Shown: positions 1-8,640 of the stretch, in pieces
How the letters are laid out: each line of letters starts with the position of its first letter
Position numbering within the stretch: the first letter of the stretch is position 1
DNA from: an uncultured Arcobacteraceae bacterium
GTDB taxonomy: Bacteria; Campylobacterota; Campylobacteria; Campylobacterales; Arcobacteraceae
Length of the DNA: 64,000 nt
Assembly: GCA_964022095.1 (NCBI GenBank)
Contig: CAXHZO010000006.1
Location: forward strand, 1-64,000
Direction: 5' to 3'
The notes under the pieces: model-generated
What the model was told of the DNA's origin: nothing
What the model saw: only the letters and a program-made list of their open reading frames with translations
Database searches by the model: none
Position numbers and translations under genes: made by a program

Positions 1-214
1 TAAAGCTTAAATTTATCTAAAATTAGATATAATCCGCCAAATTATACACATTTATATACCCCCATTCTACTTTGAACTCATTCAAAGATTCATTTTTAGA
101 TAAACTGACTTACTTGCAAGACTGAAATAGCGTTTTAATCGTACATTTATGGGAGATAGTATCAAACTTTATATAACCGTGTGTATCATTTTATAATATA
201 TACTAAGGTAAAGA

Positions 215-1702
215 ATGACTTTTAACGAATTCAATTTCAAAGAATTATTGCAAAAAGCAATAGATGAAGCAGGTTTTAAAGAACCAAGTCCAATACAAGA
301 ACAAGCAATACCAGTTGTTTTAGATGGTAAAGATATGGTTGGGCAAGCTCATACAGGTACAGGAAAAACAGCAGCATTTGGTCTTCCAGTTTTAAATAAA
401 ATGAAGGGTAAATCAGGAGTTGAGGCAGTAGTTATTGTTCCAACTAGAGAACTTGCAATGCAAGTATCAGATGAATTATACAGATTTGGTAGATTTTTAG
501 GAATAAACACTGCAACAGTTTATGGTGGACAAGCTTATGCTAGACAAATCAAACTTATTGAAAATGCAGGAATCATTGTAGCAACTCCAGGAAGATTTTT
601 AGATCTTTTAAGAGGAAATAAAATCAATATCAAACCTGATTATGTAATTTTAGATGAAGCAGATGAAATGCTTGATATGGGATTCTTAGACGATATTAAA
701 GAGATTTTTACTTTCTTACCAGAAAATAGACAAACTTTATTATTCTCTGCAACAATGCCAATGGCAATTAAAAAACTTGCACAAAATATTTTAAAAGAGC
801 CAGAATTTATTACATTAACTAAAAAAGATGTAACTAATTCTAAAATTACACAAACATTCTACGTTGTAGAAGAAAAAGAAAGAGATGATGCTTTAATTAG
901 ATTATACGATTTCAAAAACCCTGAAAAATCAATCATCTTTTGTAGAACAAAAAAAGAAGTTGATAGATTATCTACTTTCTTAGTTTCTCAAGGATTTATG
1001 GCTAAAGGTCTTCATGGTGACATGGAGCAAAGACAAAGAGAAGAAGCTATTAGAGCATTTAAAACTTCTAAATTAGAGATTCTAATTGCAACTGATGTTG
1101 CTGCTAGAGGATTAGATGTAAATGATGTAACTCACGTATTTAACTATCACTTACCATTTGATAGTGAGTCTTATGTTCACAGAATCGGTAGAACTGGTAG
1201 AGCTGGTAAAGAAGGTATGGCAGTTTCAATTGTTACTCCTCATGAATTTAGAATGCTTCAAAAAATTGAAAAAAATATTGGTACTAAACTTGAAGGTAAA
1301 GAAGTTCCAAATATTAGCTCAGTTAAAGAGAAAAAAGTTACTGATTTATTAAGTAAAATTAAAGAGCAAGATATTCAAGATTACGCTTTATCTTTAGTTG
1401 AAGAGTTAAAAGAAGAGTTTGATATTTCTACAATTGCTTATAAATTAGCTTCAATGATTTCTTCATCAACATATGTAAAAGGTAATAATACAATTGGTAA
1501 ATCTGAAAAAGATATTCTAAGACTAATTGAAAATGCTGGTAAATATGCTGGAAATGACAGTAGAGGAAATGGTGGAAGAGGTAGAGGAAGAGGAGGATCA
1601 AGATACGGTTCTAGAAATAGAAGCGGTGGAGGAGACTCAAGAAGAGGAAATTCTAATAGATCTAGAAGTGGTGGAGGAGACTCTAGAAGAAGAAGAGATT
1701 AA
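215..1702 (+). CDS. deaD: DEAD-box RNA helicase (DeaD/CsdA-like)
   Basis: Q motif, GTGKT, PTRELA, DEAD, SAT, HRIGRTGRAG motifs; Arg/Gly-rich tail. Confidence 0.93.
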   Translation: MTFNEFNFKELLQKAIDEAGFKEPSPIQEQAIPVVLDGKDMVGQAHTGTGKTAAFGLPVLNKMKGKSGVEAVVIVPTRELAMQVSDELYRFGRFLGINTATVYGGQAYARQIKLIENAGIIVATPGRFLDLLRGNKINIKPDYVILDEADEMLDMGFLDDIKEIFTFLPENRQTLLFSATMPMAIKKLAQNILKEPEFITLTKKDVTNSKITQTFYVVEEKERDDALIRLYDFKNPEKSIIFCRTKKEVDRLSTFLVSQGFMAKGLHGDMEQRQREEAIRAFKTSKLEILIATDVAARGLDVNDVTHVFNYHLPFDSESYVHRIGRTGRAGKEGMAVSIVTPHEFRMLQKIEKNIGTKLEGKEVPNISSVKEKKVTDLLSKIKEQDIQDYALSLVEELKEEFDISTIAYKLASMISSSTYVKGNNTIGKSEKDILRLIENAGKYAGNDSRGNGGRGRGRGGSRYGSRNRSGGGDSRRGNSNRSRSGGGDSRRRRD

Positions 1703-1713
1703 TCTCTTCTTCT
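1688..1713 (+). terminator. Inverted repeat overlapping deaD stop
   Basis: agaagaagagatt/aatctcttcttct palindrome followed by a T-rich tract. Confidence 0.55.
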
Positions 1714-1931
1714 CCACTTTTTATAAAAAACTTACAAATATATTTTCAGACAATTTTAACCCCTCAAAACTACAAAAACAATCACAAATTTTACAGAATA
1801 AATTATAGAGATATCATATAATATAGATATTTTAGTAATAAAAAATTTAAGCTATATCTAAGCTTTTAGTAAGTACTTTCCCACTATAATCCTACAAATT
1901 TTTAGTTACAGAATAATTACAAAGGATTACC

Positions 1932-3515
1932 TTGGATTTTAAGACAATCGAAAAGATTGATAAGGCAAATGAAAAAACTTTATCAGGTCTAGCAAAAGTC
2001 TCTTTAGCACTACTTTTTATGGTTCTTGTATTTTTATGGTCATATACTTCTCATGGAAATATACCTAATAATACATTCTTAATCATTGGTGCAGTATTTG
2101 GTGCATATATGGCTATGAATATTGGTGCAAATGATGTTGCAAATAATGTAGGACCGGCTGTTGGTTCTAAAGCACTTACTCTTATGTCAGCTATCATAAT
2201 AGCTGCTATTTTTGAGGCAATGGGAGCATTTATTGCTGGTGGGGATGTTGTAAAAACAATTAAAAAAGGAATTATTGATCCTGCTTTAATAGATGATCCT
2301 CAAATCTTTATATGGGCAATGACTGCTGCATTGTTATCTGCTGCTTTATGGCTTAATTTCGCTACTTCTATTGGAGCTCCTGTATCAACTACTCATTCTA
2401 TTGTTGGTGGTGTAATGGGTGCTGGTATTGCAGCTGCTGGTTTTGCAATTGTTTCATGGGGAACAATGGGTAAGATTGCTGCTTCATGGGTTATCTCACC
2501 AGTTCTTGGGGGTTTAATTGCAGCAGGATTCTTGTACTTGATAAAAACCAAAATAGTCTTTAAAAAAGATATGATTAATTCTGCAAAAGTTGTTGTTCCT
2601 TATTTAATTGCAATTATGTCTTGGGCATTTGCTACTTATCTTATTTTAAAAGGTATCAAAAAAATCATCAAACTTGATTTCTTTACTGCTGCTGGAATTG
2701 GTTTAGCTATTGCTATTGGTATTTATGTACTTGTTAAGCCAATGATTGCAAAATCTGCAAATAAACTAGCTAATGATAGAGATTCAGTTAATAGTCTATT
2801 TACTATTCCTTTAATTTTTGCAGCTGCACTTCTTTCTTTTGCTCATGGTGCAAATGATGTTGCAAATGCAATTGGACCATTAGCAGCTATTAATGATGCC
2901 ATTATGAGTAACGGTATTAACTCTAAAGTTGATATTCCTTTATGGGTTATGGCTGTTGGAGCACTTGGTATTGCTGTAGGTCTTGCTTTATTTGGTCCTA
3001 AGTTAATTAAAACTGTTGGTTCAGAAATTACAGAATTAGATCAAATGAGAGCCTTTTCTATTGCAATGGCTGCTGCTATTACTGTTATTATTGCATCTCA
3101 ATTAGGATTACCAGTTTCTTCAACTCACATTGCAGTTGGTGGAGTATTTGGTGTTGGATTCTTAAGAGAGTATCTTGATTCAAATGAACAAAGATTTTTA
3201 CAAGGGCTTAGAAAAAAGTTTAAAAAGCATAAAAAAGAGTTAGATAAAATGCAAACAGAACTTTCTGAACTTGAAGTTATTGAAAATAAATCAAAATCTA
3301 ATTATCAAAGAATTGTTGAATTATATAAAGATATTGAAGATAAAGAGACTTTAGTTAAACAAGAAAAGAAAGATGTAAAAGAAGCAAAAAGAACTAAATA
3401 TGTTAAAAGAGATGCAGTTAAAAAAATTGTTGCTGCTTGGATTATTACTGTTCCTGCTGCTGCTATGCTATCTGCTGCAATATTCTTTATGATCAAAGGT
3501 ATAATGGCAGCATAA
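1932..3515 (+). CDS. Inorganic phosphate transporter, PiT family
   Basis: Two GANDVAN signature motifs, PVSTTH/PVSSTH; TTG start after AAGGA. Confidence 0.92.
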   Translation: MDFKTIEKIDKANEKTLSGLAKVSLALLFMVLVFLWSYTSHGNIPNNTFLIIGAVFGAYMAMNIGANDVANNVGPAVGSKALTLMSAIIIAAIFEAMGAFIAGGDVVKTIKKGIIDPALIDDPQIFIWAMTAALLSAALWLNFATSIGAPVSTTHSIVGGVMGAGIAAAGFAIVSWGTMGKIAASWVISPVLGGLIAAGFLYLIKTKIVFKKDMINSAKVVVPYLIAIMSWAFATYLILKGIKKIIKLDFFTAAGIGLAIAIGIYVLVKPMIAKSANKLANDRDSVNSLFTIPLIFAAALLSFAHGANDVANAIGPLAAINDAIMSNGINSKVDIPLWVMAVGALGIAVGLALFGPKLIKTVGSEITELDQMRAFSIAMAAAITVIIASQLGLPVSSTHIAVGGVFGVGFLREYLDSNEQRFLQGLRKKFKKHKKELDKMQTELSELEVIENKSKSNYQRIVELYKDIEDKETLVKQEKKDVKEAKRTKYVKRDAVKKIVAAWIITVPAAAMLSAAIFFMIKGIMAA

Positions 3516-3570
3516 AAGCTAAGCCTGCAATTTAATATGATAAAATATCCTTTTTATTAAAGGATCTTTT

Positions 3571-4488
3571 ATCGAAGCTTTACTCTCTGTAGCTACAATC
3601 TATCTATTTATTATCATAGGTTTTTTATTTAAATTAGTTTTCAAAGAACAAGTAAACGAAAAAACAATTGTAATACTAAACTTATATTTCTTAGCCCCTA
3701 TCTTAATATTTTGGGGATTAACAAGAGCTCCTATTAATAGTGAATTTATCACTGTTCCAATTGTTTATTTTATTGCTGTTTTTATCAGTCTTTTTATTGC
3801 ACTTATTTATGCAAAAAAAGTATTTAAAAAACAAGTACAAGACAAGTCAATATTTTTAGCTAGTTCTTTAGTTGGTAATACAGGTAACTTAGGAATTCCA
3901 CTTGGAATTGCACTTTTTGGTGTACAAAGTGTTCCTTATACTTCTTTAATAAACATAGCAAATGTTTTTTATATCTATATATTTTCTGTTTATTTTTTTG
4001 CAGGAGATAAGTTTAGATTTATTGATGCATTAAAAGAGATATTTAAAATTCCAGCAATTCATGCAGCTGTTTTTGCACTTTTATATAATTATATGGGATA
4101 TTCCTTTAATGCTGATTTTGAAAAGTTATTTACTATGGGAGCATACGCTTCTATAGTTATGCAATTAGTTATTTTTGGTATTTTTATGTCGCAGGTTAAA
4201 ATAAGAACTGCAAATTGGAAATTATCGTTTAATATTTCATTTTTCAAACATATTATTTTGCCTCTTATTGGTTTATATGTAATCTTACAATTTAATTTAG
4301 AGCCAATGATTGCTGCAATTTTATTTTTAGAGTTTGCTGTTCCACTTGCTGTTAATAATGTGAATCTTTCGTCCTTATACAATTGTAAACCTATTGATAC
4401 TACATTTGCTGTATTAGTTAGTTCTATTGTATTTGTATTAATTGTATTTGTGTATATTCTAATAATCAATAACTTTTTTGGATTGTAA
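3571..4488 (+). CDS. AEC (auxin efflux carrier/malate permease) family transporter, 305 aa, probable ATC start
   Basis: Frame open from 3544 to 4488; GNTGNLGIP motif at about 3874; hydrophobic throughout; AAGGA 6 nt before ATC 3571. The ORF track shows only the last 131 aa. Confidence 0.8.
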   Translation: MEALLSVATIYLFIIIGFLFKLVFKEQVNEKTIVILNLYFLAPILIFWGLTRAPINSEFITVPIVYFIAVFISLFIALIYAKKVFKKQVQDKSIFLASSLVGNTGNLGIPLGIALFGVQSVPYTSLINIANVFYIYIFSVYFFAGDKFRFIDALKEIFKIPAIHAAVFALLYNYMGYSFNADFEKLFTMGAYASIVMQLVIFGIFMSQVKIRTANWKLSFNISFFKHIILPLIGLYVILQFNLEPMIAAILFLEFAVPLAVNNVNLSSLYNCKPIDTTFAVLVSSIVFVLIVFVYILIINNFFGL

Positions 4489-4490
4489 TT

Positions 4491-6281
4491 ATGTGTGGAA
4501 TAATCGGTAGTAATTTTACTAGTGAAAATTTCACTAGTGCTTTAGATCATATGAATAATAGAGGGCCAGATTTTAAAAGCTCAATTAAAATTAATAACAA
4601 AGAATTTGGTCATACAAGATTAGCAATCATTGATTTAGATGATGAAGCTAATCAACCAATGGTATTTGATGATTTAGTTTTAGTTTTTAATGGTGAAATT
4701 TATAATTATAAACAGTTAATAAAAACAGAGAATTTAGACTGTAAAACAAAAAGTGATAGTGAAGTAATTTTAAGACTTTATCAAAAGTATGAATATGATT
4801 TTTTAAGTAAATTAAATGGTATGTTCTCTTTTTGTATTTATGATATAAAAAAGAATAAATATTTTTGTGCTAGAGATAGATATGGTAAAAAACCATTTTT
4901 TTACTATTTTAAAGATAGTAAATTTATTTTTTCTTCTTCTATAAAATCTGTTTTAAAACTACTTGATTATAAACCAAATTTAAATAAAGTTGCAGTTAAT
5001 AAATTCATGCAATATTTTGTTTCATATGGAGAAGATACTTTCTATCAAGACATAAAAAAGCTTGAAGCATCTACTTATATGATTTATGAGCCAAATAAAG
5101 CCTCTGAGCTTCAAAATAAAAGATATTATAAGATAAACACCTATAAAAATGTTTCATGTGAAACAACAGCTTTAAATACAATTGAAGAACTTTTGATTAA
5201 CAGTGTTGAACAAAGATTGGTTAGTGATGTTGAAGTTGGTTCACTTTTAAGTGGTGGAATTGATAGTTCATTAATTTCTGCACTTTATACAAAGTTAACT
5301 GGAAAAAAAATAAATACTTTTTCAATTGGTTATAACGAATATAAAAATTACTGTGAATTAGATTATGCAAAAATTACAGCTGATCACATTGGTTCAAATC
5401 ATAATCCAATTGAAATATCAAAAAAAGATTATATAGAGTATTTTGAAGATAGTTTAGATGCCTTAGAAGAACCACATGGAGATAGTGCTGCAGTTCCATT
5501 AAATATCATGACAAGAAGAATTCATGATATGGGAATCAAAACTGTACTTTCAGGTGAAGGTAGTGATGAGATTTTTTTAGGGTATGATAATTATGCTAAG
5601 TTTTTAAAATATTATGAGTTTGAAAAAAGTTTATCAAATGGTCAAAACAGTTTTTTAAATGATATTATTGGTGCTTTACAAAACAATACTAAAGAGAGTG
5701 AATATCTTAGAAGAATAGTTAAAAAGCAAAATCTATATAACTCTTTTGGTGAAATTTATACAGATATACAAAGAAAAAGATTATTTAAAAAACTTCCAAC
5801 ATACAAAAGTGAAAAAGCAAAAAAAGATCCAGTGGATTGGATGAGTTATATTGATTTAAAAATTTGGTTAGGGGATGGTCTTTTATCAAAAGTTGATAGA
5901 ATTTCTATGCATAATTCTCTTGAAGTGAGAACACCATTTTTAGATGTGAATTTAGTAAACTATATGTTTAGTATAAACTCAGATATAAAAGTTGGAAATA
6001 CTAATAAATATTTATTAAAGAAAATTGCTAAAAAATATATTCCTGAAACAATAATCAATAGAACTAAAAAAGGTTTTAATTCTCCATTTAATGAGTGGCT
6101 AAATGAAGAGTATAAAGACTCAATATTAACAACTATTTTAGATGTTAATAAGTATACTGATTTATTTAATGTGGAGTACATAAAACATATTTATGAGCTA
6201 TCAAAAAATAGAAAGTTTAAACAGCATTTATATTCACTATATGTTTTTTCACTGTGGTATAAAAAAGAATTTTTATCTTAA
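4491..6281 (+). CDS. asnB: Asparagine synthase (glutamine-hydrolysing)
   Basis: N-terminal MCGI, RGPD, HTRLAIID, LSGGIDSS, SGEGSDE motifs. Confidence 0.9.
   Translation: MCGIIGSNFTSENFTSALDHMNNRGPDFKSSIKINNKEFGHTRLAIIDLDDEANQPMVFDDLVLVFNGEIYNYKQLIKTENLDCKTKSDSEVILRLYQKYEYDFLSKLNGMFSFCIYDIKKNKYFCARDRYGKKPFFYYFKDSKFIFSSSIKSVLKLLDYKPNLNKVAVNKFMQYFVSYGEDTFYQDIKKLEASTYMIYEPNKASELQNKRYYKINTYKNVSCETTALNTIEELLINSVEQRLVSDVEVGSLLSGGIDSSLISALYTKLTGKKINTFSIGYNEYKNYCELDYAKITADHIGSNHNPIEISKKDYIEYFEDSLDALEEPHGDSAAVPLNIMTRRIHDMGIKTVLSGEGSDEIFLGYDNYAKFLKYYEFEKSLSNGQNSFLNDIIGALQNNTKESEYLRRIVKKQNLYNSFGEIYTDIQRKRLFKKLPTYKSEKAKKDPVDWMSYIDLKIWLGDGLLSKVDRISMHNSLEVRTPFLDVNLVNYMFSINSDIKVGNTNKYLLKKIAKKYIPETIINRTKKGFNSPFNEWLNEEYKDSILTTILDVNKYTDLFNVEYIKHIYELSKNRKFKQHLYSLYVFSLWYKKEFLS
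5150..5165. promoter_or_regulatory. parS site (1 mismatch), inside asnB
   Basis: TGTTTCATGTGAAACA versus consensus TGTTTCACGTGAAACA. Confidence 0.75.
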
Positions 6282-6345
6282 GATAAAAAATAGTAAAATC
6301 AAGTAAATTTGAATGATTTATAATATTAAAATAAGTGAGTAATAC

Positions 6346-6648
6346 ATGACAATATTAATACCTGTAGATTCAAGAGATAGACATTTATGTGTAATAAGTT
6401 CTATTGAAGAGAATAATGCATGGGCTTTTGTTACATTAGATGATGGAAAGATATCAAATGTAACTTTTTATGATAGAAGAGAAGATATAAATGAATGGAT
6501 AGATTCAGTTGTTGTTATTAATGAACTTGAATATGTTTGGCCATTTATTGATGAGGGAATGATTGCTTTAATTGCTCCAACTCAAAAAAGTATAGATGAA
6601 ATCGTAGAAGCATTTTTATTTAAAGATCTACATGACTTTACTGTTTAA
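6346..6648 (+). CDS. Small protein, possibly NifB/NifX-like fold
   Basis: MTILIPVD start and SIDEIVEAF end resemble NifX-family proteins. Confidence 0.45.
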   Translation: MTILIPVDSRDRHLCVISSIEENNAWAFVTLDDGKISNVTFYDRREDINEWIDSVVVINELEYVWPFIDEGMIALIAPTQKSIDEIVEAFLFKDLHDFTV

Positions 6649-6658
6649 TTAAATATTT

Positions 6659-6690
6659 AGCCATTAGTTTAAACTCTTAAACTAATGGTT
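6659..6690 (+). terminator. Hairpin after 6346..6648, overlapping a parS site
   Basis: agccattagtttaa-actc-ttaaactaatggtt inverted repeat. Confidence 0.6.
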
Positions 6691-6702
6691 TCACGTGAAA
6701 CC
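6687..6702. promoter_or_regulatory. parS site, intergenic
   Basis: Perfect palindrome GGTTTCACGTGAAACC with the parS core. Confidence 0.8.
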
Positions 6703-6783
6703 TAACAATTATCTAAAATACAATTTTAAGAATTATTACATTTTCTTTTTAATATAATCAATGAATTTATAAAAAGGGAAAGC

Positions 6784-7893
6784 ATGAACAATATGATTAA
6801 AAAACTATTACTATTAGTTTCTATTTCATCAGTACTTTTATTTACTGGTTGTACAGAAGAGAAAAAAACTGTATCGGTAGTTAAAAAAGATCTAAAAGAA
6901 GACAAAGTTTACAACTTAAAACTAGCAGCAACATGGGGACCGACTGCAAGTCCACTAATTGATGCAGCTGAAAATATGGCAAAAATGGCAAAAGATATGT
7001 CAAATGGAAAGTTAATTATTAGAGTTGATACTGCAAACAAACATAAAGCACCTCTAGGGATTTTAGATATGGTTAAAGGTGGACAATATGATATGGGGCA
7101 TAGTGCATCATATTATTGGAAAGGTATTGATATAAATACTTTACCGTTTACTTCTATGCCTTTTGGTCTAACTAGTCCTGAGCAGTATTCATGGTTTTAT
7201 CATGGTGGTGGTTTAGAACTTATGCAAAAAGTTTATGCAAAACATAATGTACTTTCATTTCCAGGGGGTAGCACTGGAGTTCAAATGGGAGGATGGTTTA
7301 GAAAAGAGATTAATTCATTAGAAGATTTAAAAGGTCTAAAAATGAGAATACCTGGATTTGCAGGAGAAGTTATGGCAAAACTTGGAGTACAAGTTACAAA
7401 TATTGCACCAGGTGAATTATTTACTGCATTAGAAAGAAACTCACTTGATGCATTAGAATGGGTTGGCCCATCAATGGATATAAAAATGGGATTCCACAAA
7501 ATTGCACCATTTTATTATACTGGATGGCATGAGCCAGCTTCTGAAATGCATTTTATAATTAATAAAAAATCATATAAAAAATTGCCAAAAGAGTTACAAG
7601 ATATTTTAGTATATGCAATGAGACTAAGTGCATATGATATGTATATTCAAAACTATGATATGAATGCTAATGCATGGGAAAAGATGAAAACTGATTATCC
7701 AAATATTAAAGTAAAGACATTTCCTAAGAATGTAATGGATGAAATGAAAAAAGCAAATAAAGAATTAAGAGATGATTTATCATCTAAATCTGAATTATTA
7801 AAAGAAGTACTTGATTCTCAAAATGAATATATGAAGAAAGTTAGAGAGTGGACTAAAGTATCTGATTACTCTTATTTAAAAGATAATTTATAA
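6784..7893 (+). CDS. TRAP transporter solute-binding lipoprotein (DctP/TakP-like)
   Basis: Lipobox LFTGC; QMGGWF, GLKMRIPG, DALEW, GWHEP motifs. Confidence 0.88.
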   Translation: MNNMIKKLLLLVSISSVLLFTGCTEEKKTVSVVKKDLKEDKVYNLKLAATWGPTASPLIDAAENMAKMAKDMSNGKLIIRVDTANKHKAPLGILDMVKGGQYDMGHSASYYWKGIDINTLPFTSMPFGLTSPEQYSWFYHGGGLELMQKVYAKHNVLSFPGGSTGVQMGGWFRKEINSLEDLKGLKMRIPGFAGEVMAKLGVQVTNIAPGELFTALERNSLDALEWVGPSMDIKMGFHKIAPFYYTGWHEPASEMHFIINKKSYKKLPKELQDILVYAMRLSAYDMYIQNYDMNANAWEKMKTDYPNIKVKTFPKNVMDEMKKANKELRDDLSSKSELLKEVLDSQNEYMKKVREWTKVSDYSYLKDNL

Positions 7894-7894
7894 T

Positions 7895-7918
7895 ATTAAG
7901 AGCATAACTGCTCTTAAT
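7895..7918. terminator. Bidirectional hairpin between convergent genes
   Basis: attaagagca-taac-tgctcttaat. Confidence 0.65.
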
Positions 7919-8640
7919 TAAAATCCATTAGGATTAAATCCTCCAAAGTCATTACTTCCAAAATCCATGTTAAAACTGTTTAAATTAGGATTATCAAAAC
8001 CATTTTGTACAGCTATGTTTTGTAATTGCATTATGTCATTCTTTGGATCAATATGTTGTGGACATACAAGTGTACAAGCGCTACAAAGTGTACAATCCCA
8101 AATTCCATTTGATTGAATAGAATCAAGTACTTTTTTATCACTTGTATTCCTTTTATCCTTTATATATCTTAATGCTTTAGTTAAAGCAAATGGACCAATA
8201 AAATCTTTATTAACTTCATACACTGGACAAGAACTATAGCAAGAGTTACATAAAATACAGTTGCTCTGTACATCAATCAAGTATATATCATTTTTTGATA
8301 ATTCAACATCTGAATCTGTATTAATACTATTAAGTACTTTATTTAATTCATTAGTTTGTTCACTATTATTAACAACTAAATCTTTTATTATTGTTCTATA
8401 TTTTATTGGCTCTATTAAATCACCATCTTTTATTTTAGTTTTACAAGCAAGTTTTTCTATTCCATTTACTCTTATTGCGCATGATCCACATACTCCACTT
8501 TTACATCCACATCTAAATGCTAGAGTTGAATCTATATTCTCTTTTATTTCAATCAAAGATTTAAGAGCGTTAGTATTGCTTACAGTATAAAATCTAATAC
8601 TTTCATCTTTTGAATCAAATCTTTTTATAGATATTTTCAT
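7918..8640 (-). CDS. Fumarate reductase/succinate dehydrogenase iron-sulfur subunit (FrdB/SdhB family)
   Basis: CKSGVCGSC..C [2Fe-2S] motif and two CxxCxxCxxxCP motifs. Confidence 0.9.
   Translation of the reverse strand: MKISIKRFDSKDESIRFYTVSNTNALKSLIEIKENIDSTLAFRCGCKSGVCGSCAIRVNGIEKLACKTKIKDGDLIEPIKYRTIIKDLVVNNSEQTNELNKVLNSINTDSDVELSKNDIYLIDVQSNCILCNSCYSSCPVYEVNKDFIGPFALTKALRYIKDKRNTSDKKVLDSIQSNGIWDCTLCSACTLVCPQHIDPKNDIMQLQNIAVQNGFDNPNLNSFNMDFGSNDFGGFNPNGF

Noticed and set aside
1560-1700. Repeated ggaggagactc..gaaga sequences at the end of deaD
   Set aside because: They encode the usual Arg/Gly/Ser-rich helicase tail
4093-4488. 131-aa ORF read as a truncated pseudogene
   Set aside because: The frame is open and transporter-like from 3571; only a canonical start codon is missing
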